Origin: Pseudomonadota bacterium
GTDB lineage: Bacteria; Pseudomonadota; Gammaproteobacteria; Xanthomonadales; Xanthomonadaceae
Assembly (NCBI GenBank): GCA_023390905.1
Contig: JAEWBY010000094.1
Coordinates: forward strand, 22,490 to 86,489
Direction: 5' to 3'
Length of the DNA stretch: 64,000 nucleotides
Both the position numbers and the translations under genes were made by a program. Every line of letters begins with the position of its first letter. The first letter of the stretch is position 1. Below the pieces are notes generated by a model, which worked only from the letters and a program-made list of their open reading frames with translations, searched no databases and was not told the DNA's origin. This document shows, in pieces, positions 1 through 9,194 of this stretch.

Positions 1-96
1 CCGTAAGCACGCGTCCACGCCTTCGAGCAGGCGCGAGGCAGACCAGGCGGCGTCGCTCTCCTGTGCCGACACCGGCGCCCTGCCCGCCGGCGCGCG

Positions 97-1011
97 TTAC
101 TTTGCGGGCACGGCCGCCATCAGTCCCTGACGGCGCGATCGCAGGAAGCCATCGGTCGCGAAGATCAGCAGCCCTGCCCAGATCGCGGCGAAGCCGATCG
201 CCTGCGTCATGCCGAAGGCTTCCTTGAACACGAACACGCCGATCACGAACTGGATGCTCGGCGCGATGTACTGCAACAGGCCGACCACGGTCAGCGGAAT
301 GCGGCGCACGCCATAGGAGAAGCCGATCAGCGGAATCGCGCTGACCACGCCGCCCAGCACCAGCAGCAGATCGTTGCGCCAGCCCCATTCGCCGATGAAG
401 CCGCCGCCGTGCCCGCTCTCGCCCCATGCCACGAATGCCAGCGCGGGCAGGAACAGATAGAGGCTTTCCACGCCCAGCCCGGCCACCGGATCGACGGCCA
501 CCAGCTTGCGCAGCAAGCCGTAGAAGCCGAACGACAGTGCCAGGCCCAATGCGATCCACGGCGGCGAACCGGCCTGCCAGGTCAACCAGGCGACACCGAG
601 CAACGCGAACCCCACCGCGATCCATTGCGGACGATTGAGCCGTTCGCGCAACAGCGTCACGCCGAGCACCACGTTGATCAGCGGATTGATGAAGTAGCCC
701 AGGCTGGTTTCGACCACGTGGCCGGCATTCACCGCCCAGATGTACAGGCCCCAGTTGAAGGCGATCAGCAGGCTGGTGAGCCCGAGCGCGGACAGCGCGC
801 GCGGTTGGGCACGGATGATGCGCAGCCAGCCCCAGCCGCTGCGCAGCAACAGCCAGCCCACCAGCAGCAGACTGCTCCAGACGATGCGGTGCGCGATGAT
901 CTGGAACGACGGCACCGCCTTGAGCAGATGCCAGTACAGCGGCACCACGCCCCAGATGACGAAGGTGCCGGTCGTGATCAGCAGACCCTTGCGATCGAGG
1001 ATCGGATTCAT
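97..1011 (-). CDS. rarD: EamA family transporter RarD
   Basis: 304 aa, about 10 TM segments; RarD-type motifs HRIVWS, NWGLYIWAVN, SLGYFINPL, LQYIAP. Confidence 0.92.
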   Translation of the reverse strand: MNPILDRKGLLITTGTFVIWGVVPLYWHLLKAVPSFQIIAHRIVWSSLLLVGWLLLRSGWGWLRIIRAQPRALSALGLTSLLIAFNWGLYIWAVNAGHVVETSLGYFINPLINVVLGVTLLRERLNRPQWIAVGFALLGVAWLTWQAGSPPWIALGLALSFGFYGLLRKLVAVDPVAGLGVESLYLFLPALAFVAWGESGHGGGFIGEWGWRNDLLLVLGGVVSAIPLIGFSYGVRRIPLTVVGLLQYIAPSIQFVIGVFVFKEAFGMTQAIGFAAIWAGLLIFATDGFLRSRRQGLMAAVPAK

Positions 1012-1910
1012 GCGCGGCGCGCCTTCGCCAGCGTGATCACCACCACGCCGAGCAGGATCATCGCCATCGCGCCGAGATCGTGCAGGCCGAAACTTTCATT
1101 GGCCAGCCAGGCGCCCAGCGCGACCGCGATCACCGGATTGACGTAGGCGTAGCTGCCGGCGACGGCCGGGCGCACGTTGTGCAGCAACCAGATGTAGGCG
1201 CTGAAGGCGACGATCGATCCGAACATCGCCAGATAACCCACCGCCAGCGTGCCCTGCAGCGTCGGCACCGAATGGAAGCGTTCGCCGAGCAGCGCGCCGG
1301 CAATCAGCATCACCACGCCGCCGCACAGCATCTGTCCGGCGGCCGACATGAAAGGGGCCGGCAGATCGCGGCCACGGCTCCACACCGACCCGTAGGCCCA
1401 GCCGATGGGCGCGATCAACAGCATGATCAATCCCTTCGGACTGGCGGTGAGCGAACTGCCCGAGTTGAGCCAGACCACGCCGAGGAAACCGACCGCGATG
1501 CCTATCCATTCGGCGCGGCTGGGATGTTGTCCACGCATCGCCGAGAACAGGCCCATCCACAACGGCATCGATGCGATCGCCACTGCGGTGAGCCCGGACG
1601 AGACGGTCTGTTCGGCCACGCAGACCAGGCCGTTGCCCAGCAACAGCAGCAGCACGCCCAGCAACGCCAGCGATTTCCATTGCGTCCGCGTGGGTGCCGC
1701 GTAGCCACGCCAGCGGAGCACGGCATACATCAGGCTGCCGGCGACAATGAAGCGGCCGCCAGCCATCAGCAGCGGCGGATAACCGCCTTCCAGCGCGAGG
1801 CGGATGCCCAGATAGGTCGAACCCCAGACGATGTAGACCAGGGCAAGTGCAATGACGACAGCAAGACCGCCGCGCGATGGCGCGGCAGCGCTGGAAGCAG
1901 AAGAGTTCAT
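1008..1910 (-). CDS. yedA: EamA/DMT family drug/metabolite exporter (YedA-like)
   Basis: YIVWGSTYL and YAYVNPVIAV motifs, two EamA repeats; 4-nt overlap with rarD. Confidence 0.85.
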   Translation of the reverse strand: MNSSASSAAAPSRGGLAVVIALALVYIVWGSTYLGIRLALEGGYPPLLMAGGRFIVAGSLMYAVLRWRGYAAPTRTQWKSLALLGVLLLLLGNGLVCVAEQTVSSGLTAVAIASMPLWMGLFSAMRGQHPSRAEWIGIAVGFLGVVWLNSGSSLTASPKGLIMLLIAPIGWAYGSVWSRGRDLPAPFMSAAGQMLCGGVVMLIAGALLGERFHSVPTLQGTLAVGYLAMFGSIVAFSAYIWLLHNVRPAVAGSYAYVNPVIAVALGAWLANESFGLHDLGAMAMILLGVVVITLAKARRA

Positions 1911-2125
1911 GGGGGATCGCCGAGCGTACTGGCGATCATTCTAGGGCAGCGCCTGCGCCCACGGCGTGGGCGGGTGCTTGAAAGCTTTGCGTGTCCGACT
2001 TGCGGGAGATTCAAGTCGGAGGAAAGCGGGAGGAGAGCGAAGGGACAGGCTGGCGGATCTGAAGCCGCGTGACGTCGCACTGCAATAGGGGCTTCGGCGC
2101 GCCACCTGGGCCTGGGTCACACGCG

Positions 2126-2154
2126 AAAAAAAAAACGCGGCCGGAGCCGCGTTT
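2126..2154 (-). terminator. Rho-independent terminator downstream of prc
   Basis: Minus strand AAACGCGGC-TCCG-GCCGCG followed by T10. Confidence 0.8.
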
Positions 2155-2177
2155 CTTCGCGCGTCGGAGCAACAACC

Positions 2178-4370
2178 TCAATCGGCCCAGCGGCCCGGCG
2201 CGGTGGATTCGGGCAATACCTGCGCGGACAGCTTCCGATCCTGGTTCAGCACGCCGACGGCGTCGCCGAGGATCGCGGCCGACTCGCGCAGCAGCGGGTC
2301 CGGACGCTTGTCGGCGAGCTTCTCGCGCGCGGCGTCCTTGACGATGTCGCGCTCGCTCGCGCCGAGCCCGTCGTCGGCCAGATCCTCGGCCAGCGGATCC
2401 AATGCCAGGCCCATCGCCTTGCGTTCGGCCTGACGGGTCTTGCGCTTCTCGTCATCCTTGGCACGTTCGGCACGGCGCTCGTTCTCGTTGAGCGACACGT
2501 ATTTCTTCGCGGCTTCGGCGCGGAACTGCGCGACGTCTTCCGACCACCACTGGAATTCCTTGTCCTTGGCCACGCGTGCGGCGTGCATGGCTTCCAGGCG
2601 GGGCAGCAGCGGGGCGAAGTTGCCGTACTGCGTGTGCGGCACGGCGGCGATGCGGGTCCACGGCAGCGCGTTGTCGTAGGTGCTCTCGCCGTACTCGCTG
2701 GCGTCCACGCTCACCGGGAATGCGATGTCCGGCACCACGCCCTTGTGCTGCGTGCTGCCACCGGCCACGCGGAAGAACTGCGCGATGGTCAGCTTGACCT
2801 GCCCGAAGCGCGCGGTTTCGTTGGCCGGCCAGCGATCCAGATCGACCATGTTCTGCACGGTGCCCTTGCCGAACGAGGTTTCACCGATCACCAGACCGCG
2901 ACCGTAATCCTGGATCGCGCCGGCGAAGATTTCCGAAGCCGAGGCCGAACCGCGATTGATGAGCACGGCGAGCGGGCCGTCCCACGCCACGCCGGGCTTG
3001 CGATCGCTGTTGACGGTGACACGGCCGCCGGACTCGCGCACCTGCACGACCGGGCCCTTGTCGATGAACAGACCGGTCAGCTCGACCGCTTCATCCAGCG
3101 AGCCGCCGCCGTTGTTGCGCAGATCCATCACCACGCCGTCCACGTTCTGCGACTTGAACTGGGTCAGCAGGCGGGCCACGTCGCGGGTGGCGGAGGTGAA
3201 ATCGTTGGGATTGCGGCGGCGGCCTTCGAAATCCTGGTAGAACGCCGGCAGCTTGATCACGCCGATGCGGCGCTGCGGTTCGCCATTGGCGGCCGGCAGC
3301 GTGATCGTTTCGGACTTGGCTGCCTGCTCTTCGAGCTTGACCTTCTGCCGGGTCAGCGTGATCTGCACGTGCTTGCCGTCCACGCCGGATTCGGCGGGGA
3401 TGTATTCCAGCCGCACCTGCGTGTCCTTCTTGCCGCGTATCTGCGAGACCACATCGTCGATGCGCCAGCCGATCACATCGGTCATCGTGCCCGACTTGCC
3501 CTGGCCGACCGCGACGATGCGATCACCGACCTTGAGCTTGCCGCTCAGATCGGCCGGACCGCCCGGCACGATCTCGCGGATCACCACCAGATCATCCTGC
3601 CGCTGCAGCACCGCGCCGATGCCTTCCAGCGACAGCGACATCTGCTGGTTGAAGTTCTCGGCGGTGCGCGGCGTGAAGTAGTCGGTGTGCGGATCGATGG
3701 CGCCGGCGTAACTGTTGAGGAAGGTCTGGAAAATGTCCTCGCTCTTCAGTTCGCCGATGCTGCGCTGGAGATTGGCGTAGCGCTTGTCCAGCGTCTTGCG
3801 GATTTCGTCCGGCTTCTTGCCGGCCAGCTTCAGGCGCAGCCAGTCGTTCATGACCGACTTCTTCCAGAGCTCGTCCAGTTCCTGCGTGCTGGCCGCCCAC
3901 GGCGCGTCCTCGCGATCGTAGTTCCAGCGCTGATCGCCGGTGAAATCGAAATCCTGCTTCAGCAGGGAACGCGCATAGGCCACGCGCTGCTGCACGCGCT
4001 GGCGGTACACGGCGAAGATGTCGTACGCCGGCGCGAGATCGCCACTGCGGATCGCATCGTCGAGTTGTGTCTTGTACGGCGCGAATCTGGCGACATCGGC
4101 CGCGGTGAAATACTGTTTACCGCCGTCGAGGGCTTCCAGGTAACGCTTGAAGATGTCCTGCGAGAGCGCATCGTCGAGCGCACGCGGGCGGTACGCGTAA
4201 CGGCTGTCCGACAGCAGGCCGTAGACGATCTTGGAAGTGGTCGACTGATCGGCCGTCGGCGCCGTCGGCAGCGCGATGGCGCTGTCGGCTTCGCCGCGTG
4301 CGAGCAGTGCAAGTGGCGAGGCCAGGACCAGGGCCAGCAGGAGAACGGCGGGGGCTTTCTTCACTTTCAT
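2178..4370 (-). CDS. prc: Tail-specific (carboxy-terminal processing) protease, S41 family
   Basis: Signal peptide, DPHTDY, PDZ domain, DLRNNGGG, SASASEIFAGAIQDY, FGKGTVQ. Confidence 0.95.
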   Translation of the reverse strand: MKVKKAPAVLLLALVLASPLALLARGEADSAIALPTAPTADQSTTSKIVYGLLSDSRYAYRPRALDDALSQDIFKRYLEALDGGKQYFTAADVARFAPYKTQLDDAIRSGDLAPAYDIFAVYRQRVQQRVAYARSLLKQDFDFTGDQRWNYDREDAPWAASTQELDELWKKSVMNDWLRLKLAGKKPDEIRKTLDKRYANLQRSIGELKSEDIFQTFLNSYAGAIDPHTDYFTPRTAENFNQQMSLSLEGIGAVLQRQDDLVVIREIVPGGPADLSGKLKVGDRIVAVGQGKSGTMTDVIGWRIDDVVSQIRGKKDTQVRLEYIPAESGVDGKHVQITLTRQKVKLEEQAAKSETITLPAANGEPQRRIGVIKLPAFYQDFEGRRRNPNDFTSATRDVARLLTQFKSQNVDGVVMDLRNNGGGSLDEAVELTGLFIDKGPVVQVRESGGRVTVNSDRKPGVAWDGPLAVLINRGSASASEIFAGAIQDYGRGLVIGETSFGKGTVQNMVDLDRWPANETARFGQVKLTIAQFFRVAGGSTQHKGVVPDIAFPVSVDASEYGESTYDNALPWTRIAAVPHTQYGNFAPLLPRLEAMHAARVAKDKEFQWWSEDVAQFRAEAAKKYVSLNENERRAERAKDDEKRKTRQAERKAMGLALDPLAEDLADDGLGASERDIVKDAAREKLADKRPDPLLRESAAILGDAVGVLNQDRKLSAQVLPESTAPGRWAD

Positions 4371-4558
4371 TCGGGCAGCTCGGTGGCCGATGGGCCGGGT
4401 TCGCGATGGGTATGTGACAGCCAGACAGTGCCGAAAGTTGCGGCACTTGTCATCCCTGTCTTTCGGCAGGCACGGCCGGCCGGAAACGTGACCCTACCCG
4501 CGCCGACGTAGGGAAAAGTGAATGTTTCTTGGCTTGCGCGGCCCAGCGCGCAATGCGT

Positions 4559-5593
4559 TCAGCCGTGGGTCGAACCGCGCATCGCCTGCGCCGCTTCGGC
4601 GGCCTGGCGGTCGGCGTGGTACGAGGAGCGCACCAGCGGACCGGAAGCGACGTGGCTGAACCCGAGTTCTTGGCCGTAAAGCTCCAGTTCCCTGAATTCC
4701 TCCGGCGTCCAGTAGCGCATCACCGGATGGTGGTGGGCGGTGGGCTGCAGGTACTGGCCGATGGTGACCATCTCCACATCGTGGGCGCGCAGGTCGCGCA
4801 GCGTGCCCTTGACCTGCTCCATGGTTTCGCCCAGGCCCAGCATGATGCCGGACTTGGTCGGCAGCGCCGGATGCTGTTGCTTGAACCGCTGCAACAGGGT
4901 CAGCGACCACTGGTAGTCGGCGCCGGGGCGCACGTTCGGATACAGCTCGGGCACGGTCTCGATGTTGTGGTTGAACACGTCAGGCGGATTGGCCGCCATG
5001 ATGTCCAGCGCGCGATCCATGCGACCCTTGCCGCGGAAATCCGGGGTCAGGATTTCGATGCGCGTGCCCGGCGAATGCGCGCGGATGGCGGCGATGCAGT
5101 CGACGAAATGCTGCGCGCCGCCATCACGCAGATCGTCGCGATCCACGCTGGTGACCACGACGTACTTCAGCCCCATGTCGGCCACGGTCTGCGCCAGGCT
5201 CAACGGCTCGGAGGCATCCGGCGGCTTGGGACGGCCGTGGGCCACATCGCAGAACGAACAGCGCCGGGTGCAGACCTCGCCGAGAATCATGAAGGTCGCG
5301 GTGCCATGGCCGAAGCATTCATGGATGTTCGGGCAACTGGCTTCTTCGCAGACGGTGACCAGGCGGTTCTCGCGCAGCTTGGCCTTCAGACGCGCGACCG
5401 ATCCATCACTGGGGATGCGCACGCGGATCCACGAGGGCTTGCGCAGTACGGGAGCCTCGGCGAACCGCACCGGCGAGCGGCCGATCTTGTCGCCGCCGAG
5501 TTGCTTGACGCCGGTTTCCAGCGCGGTGGCGGGCGCAGCGGTGGCATCGGGGAGGACTTGCAGCGGGATCTGGCGAGGGGACACTTCGTTCAT
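4559..5593 (-). CDS. lipA: Lipoyl synthase
   Basis: [20 protein letters not shown] radical-SAM motif, RSSYHA; start placed at [11 protein letters not shown] (ATG 5593), not the longer ORF-track start. Confidence 0.95.
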   Translation of the reverse strand: MNEVSPRQIPLQVLPDATAAPATALETGVKQLGGDKIGRSPVRFAEAPVLRKPSWIRVRIPSDGSVARLKAKLRENRLVTVCEEASCPNIHECFGHGTATFMILGEVCTRRCSFCDVAHGRPKPPDASEPLSLAQTVADMGLKYVVVTSVDRDDLRDGGAQHFVDCIAAIRAHSPGTRIEILTPDFRGKGRMDRALDIMAANPPDVFNHNIETVPELYPNVRPGADYQWSLTLLQRFKQQHPALPTKSGIMLGLGETMEQVKGTLRDLRAHDVEMVTIGQYLQPTAHHHPVMRYWTPEEFRELELYGQELGFSHVASGPLVRSSYHADRQAAEAAQAMRGSTHG

Positions 5594-5741
5594 GGCGTGA
5601 ATTCTACGCCTCCGGCTCCACGCTGTCGGAACGTGATTGCGCGGTGCGCCGGAATCGAGCATTCCATGATGAGTTTCAGGAGGCGCGAGCAGCACCATCT
5701 GGCGTCGCGACGACGCCCTTCGCCGCCCCGCGTGGCGCAAC

Positions 5742-5821
5742 AAAAAAGCCCGCAATGGCTGGGCCAATGCGGGCTTTGCTCCCTCCCCCACGTCGGGATG
5801 CGCGAGCATCGTGAAGGAGCC
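5742..5821 (-). ncRNA. Candidate structured small RNA ending in a Rho-independent terminator
   Basis: GCUCCUUCACG...CGUGGGGGAGGGAGC hairpin, then AAAGCCCGCAUUGG/CCAUUGCGGGC-U6; no minus-strand gene upstream to account for the terminator. Confidence 0.4.
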
Positions 5822-6239
5822 GTTATCGGGCTTGCACGCTGCACTGCAAAACAGAACTGGACGGTACAGTCGGCCAGAAACCGCCGGATCTGCCGGAAGC
5901 CTTGTCCCACCGCGATGTTACCGATAGCAGACCAATCTCCGGGTTAGATGTGTAACCGATTTCAGCGATTTCGGCCCACAAAAACTGAACAGGGCGGGAC
6001 TGGAAAGACTGCGCAAAACGGGCATCGTCACGATAATCCCGACCCCTACGAGCCCGAAACCAAAGCAGCGCGACATGTCCGGCCGGCGCGGCAGATGAGC
6101 GCGCTCCCGTGCGCCCACCTCCCGCAGCAGCGCACCGAGCTTGGCACGGACGGCCCGGCACCGCGTGCCATCGAGTGCCCCGCATGCGGGCCGATCCGGC
6201 CGGTAAGTGATAATGGAGGCTGTCTCCACAGGCTCCCCC

Positions 6240-7754
6240 ATGTCCATCGAACGCATCCGCAATGCCCGTCTTCGCGGGCTGGTCGTCTCGGCCGAGCAGG
6301 CCGCCCAGCACATCCGGCCCGGCGAGACCGTCGCCATGAGCGGCTTCACCGGTTCGGGGTACCCCAAGCAGATCCCGCTGGCGCTGGCGGCCCGGATGGA
6401 ACGCTGCCACGCGGCGGGGGAAGCCTTCCAGATCCGCCTGCTGACCGGCGCTTCGACCGCCCCCGAACTGGACGGCGCGCTCGCCAAGGTCGACGGCATC
6501 GCCCTGCGCCTGCCGTTCCAGGCCGATCCGGAAGCACGCCAGCGCATCAATGCCGGCACGCTGGAATACATCGACGCGCATCTAAGCCACGTGGCCCAGC
6601 ACACCTGGTTCGGCTTCTATGGCGATCTCGATACGGCCGTGGTCGAGGTGTCGGCGATCCGCGAGGACGGCTCGCTGGTGCCGTCGACCTCGGTCGGCAA
6701 CAACAAGACTTGGCTGGATCTGGCGAAGAAGGTCATCGTCGAGGTCAACGATTGGCAGCCGCTCGAAGTGGACGGCATGCACGACATCTATTACGGCACC
6801 GCGCTGCCGCCGCATCGCAAACCGGTTCCGCTGGTGCACCCGGACGATCGGATCGGCGAAACCGCGCTGCGCTGTGATCCGGAAAAAATCGTCGCGATCG
6901 TGCGCACCCATGGCCCGGATCGCAACAGTCCGTTCAATCCGCCCGACGCGGTGAGCGAGCAGATCGCCGCGCACCTGATGGATTTCCTGCACGTGGAAGT
7001 GGCCAAGGGGCGCTTGCCGAAGAACCTGCTGCCACTGCAATCAGGCGTGGGCAATATTCCGAATGCGGTGCTGGCCGGCCTGGCCGCGAGCGGCTTCCGC
7101 GATCTCACCGCCTACACCGAAGTGATCCAGGACGGCATGCTCGATCTGCTGCGCGAAGGCGTGCTGCGCAGCGCATCGTGCACCGGCTTCGCGCTGAGCC
7201 CGGAAGCCAGCGAGGAATTCAAGCGCAACATCGCCTTCTATCGCGAACGCATCATCATGCGCACGCAGGAGATCTCCAACCATCCGGAAATCGTCCGCCG
7301 GCTCGGCTGCGTCTGCATGAACGGCATGGTCGAAGCCGACATCTACGGCAACGTCAACTCGACCCACATCATGGGTTCGCGCATCCAGAACGGCATCGGC
7401 GGTTCCGGCGATTTCGCGCGCAACGGCTATCTGTCCATCTTCCTCAGCCCGAGCACGGCCAAGGGCGGCAGCATTTCCTCGATCGTGCCGATGGTCAGCC
7501 ATGTCGATCACACCGAGCACGATGTCTCGATCATCGTCACCGAACAGGGCGTGGCGGATCTGCGCGGGCTTTCACCCAAGCAGCGTGCGCGCGTGCTGAT
7601 CGCACGCTGCGCGCATCCGGATTATCGCGATGCGCTGCAGGATTATTTCGACCGCGCACTGCACGCGAGCTACGGCAAGCACACCCCGCACCTGCTGGCC
7701 GAAGCCCTGTCCTGGCATCAGCGCTGGCTCGATACCGGCAGCATGCGCGCTTAG
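6240..7754 (+). CDS. Acetyl-CoA hydrolase / succinate CoA-transferase family protein
   Basis: SGFTGSGYPK, LQSGVGN, YTEVIQD, GIGGSGDFARN, SHVDHTEHD, VTEQGVADLRGLSP; start at MSIERIR. Confidence 0.9.
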   Translation: MSIERIRNARLRGLVVSAEQAAQHIRPGETVAMSGFTGSGYPKQIPLALAARMERCHAAGEAFQIRLLTGASTAPELDGALAKVDGIALRLPFQADPEARQRINAGTLEYIDAHLSHVAQHTWFGFYGDLDTAVVEVSAIREDGSLVPSTSVGNNKTWLDLAKKVIVEVNDWQPLEVDGMHDIYYGTALPPHRKPVPLVHPDDRIGETALRCDPEKIVAIVRTHGPDRNSPFNPPDAVSEQIAAHLMDFLHVEVAKGRLPKNLLPLQSGVGNIPNAVLAGLAASGFRDLTAYTEVIQDGMLDLLREGVLRSASCTGFALSPEASEEFKRNIAFYRERIIMRTQEISNHPEIVRRLGCVCMNGMVEADIYGNVNSTHIMGSRIQNGIGGSGDFARNGYLSIFLSPSTAKGGSISSIVPMVSHVDHTEHDVSIIVTEQGVADLRGLSPKQRARVLIARCAHPDYRDALQDYFDRALHASYGKHTPHLLAEALSWHQRWLDTGSMRA

Positions 7755-7815
7755 CGCGACGCGCCGATCGCCGCTGCGAACGCGGCGATCAGCTTCGTCT
7801 GCCTGCATCCCGCGC

Positions 7816-8889
7816 TCAGGCGGCCTGCGGGACACCGCGCTCGCGGCGCCGGCGGACCGCCAGCGCCAGGCGTTCCAGCACCGCCACCGACGCCTCCCAG
7901 CCGATGCAGCCGTCGGTGATGCTCTGTCCGTAGGCCAGCGCGCGTCCGGCCACCAGATCCTGGCGCCCGGCGACGAGATGGCTTTCGATCATCGTGCCGA
8001 TGATGCGCGACTCGCCGCCCTCGATCTGGCGCGCGACGTCTTCGATCACCCAGGGCTGGTTCTCCGGATCCTTGCGGCTGTTGGCGTGGCTCGCATCGAT
8101 CATGAGGCGCGCGGGCAGGCCCGCCTTCGCCAGTTCCTGGCTCGCGGCCTCCACATGCCCGGCGTCGTAATTCGGCGTCTTCCCGCCGCGCAGGATGACG
8201 TGGCAATCCGGATTACCGGCCGTGGCGGCGATGGCCGATCGCCCTTCCTTGGTCACGGCCAGGAAATGATGCGGATGCGAGGCCGCGCCCACTGCATCGG
8301 CAGCGATCCTGATGTTGCCGTCGGTACCGTTCTTGAAGCCGACCGGACACGACAATCCCGAAGCCAGTTCACGGTGCACCTGGCTTTCGGTGGTGCGCGC
8401 GCCGATCGCGCCCCACGCCACCAGATCGGCCACGTACTGCGGCGAGATCGTATCGAGGAATTCGCAGCCGGCCGGCAGGCCGAGGCGATTGATGTTGCGC
8501 AGCAGTCCGCGCGCCAGGCGCAGCCCTTCGTTGATGCGGAAGCTTCCGTCCAGACCGGGATCGTTGATCAGTCCTTTCCAGCCCACCGTCGTGCGCGGCT
8601 TCTCGAAATACACGCGCATCACGATTTCCAGTTCGCCGGACAGCGCTTCGCGCAGCGGCTGCAGGCGTTGGGCGTATTCCATCGCCGCAATCGGGTCGTG
8701 GATCGAACACGGGCCGATCACCACCGCGAGGCGATCGTCCTCGCCGCGCAGGATGGCATGCAGCGCCTGCCGGCTGGCGGTGACGGTTTCGGATATCGCT
8801 TCATCGCACGGCAGCTCGGCGATGACCTCGGCGGGTGGGGTCAGCGGTTGCAGCGTGCGGATGCGCAGGTCATCGGTATGCGGGGCCAT
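7816..8889 (-). CDS. aroG: 3-deoxy-7-phosphoheptulonate (DAHP) synthase, class I-alpha
   Basis: DDLRI, GPCSIHD, RVYFEKPRTTVGWKGLINDP, GARTTESQVHRELASG, GQSITDGC; which isozyme (aroG/F/H) it is cannot be resolved by eye. Confidence 0.9.
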   Translation of the reverse strand: MAPHTDDLRIRTLQPLTPPAEVIAELPCDEAISETVTASRQALHAILRGEDDRLAVVIGPCSIHDPIAAMEYAQRLQPLREALSGELEIVMRVYFEKPRTTVGWKGLINDPGLDGSFRINEGLRLARGLLRNINRLGLPAGCEFLDTISPQYVADLVAWGAIGARTTESQVHRELASGLSCPVGFKNGTDGNIRIAADAVGAASHPHHFLAVTKEGRSAIAATAGNPDCHVILRGGKTPNYDAGHVEAASQELAKAGLPARLMIDASHANSRKDPENQPWVIEDVARQIEGGESRIIGTMIESHLVAGRQDLVAGRALAYGQSITDGCIGWEASVAVLERLALAVRRRRERGVPQAA

Positions 8890-8930
8890 GTGTATCTCCG
8901 GAGTCTGTTTCGATTCGCCACGCTGGCAAC

Positions 8931-8960
8931 AAAAAAGCCGCCAGTTTCGCTGGCGGCTTT
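8931..8960 (-). terminator. Attenuator terminator in the DAHP synthase leader
   Basis: AAAGCCGCCAG-CGAAA-CTGGCGGC-T6, about 40 nt upstream of the aroG ATG. Confidence 0.85.
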
Positions 8961-8984
8961 CAGGGATGCGGCTGTGTGTGGCTT

Positions 8985-9068
8985 TCAGCGCGCTCGCGAC
9001 CCTTCCTCCGCCTGTGGCATCGGGAAACCGTAGTACCAAAAGTAAAAACGGCGGCGGGGTGCGTTCAT
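8985..9068 (-). CDS. Aromatic-rich leader peptide MNAPRRRFYFWYYGFPMPQAEEGSRAR
   Basis: Hand-translated 27-aa ORF; 7 of 8 consecutive codons are Phe/Tyr/Trp; stop lies 24 nt before the terminator. Confidence 0.82.
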   Translation of the reverse strand: MNAPRRRFYFWYYGFPMPQAEEGSRAR

Positions 9069-9194
9069 GGGAGCCATTGATAACACAGCTTTCGTGGGGC
9101 ACCAACTGTTTCAGCTGCAACGGTGCCGACGAGTGGTGTCCTTCCATCGCGCGCTGCCGCGTTGCTGCGGTTATCCCCCGACCCCTGGCCGAAC

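Noticed and set aside
1..72. Possible start of a minus-strand CDS (GTG at 72, MSAQESDAAWSASRLL...)
   Set aside because: Only 24 codons visible and no recognisable motif
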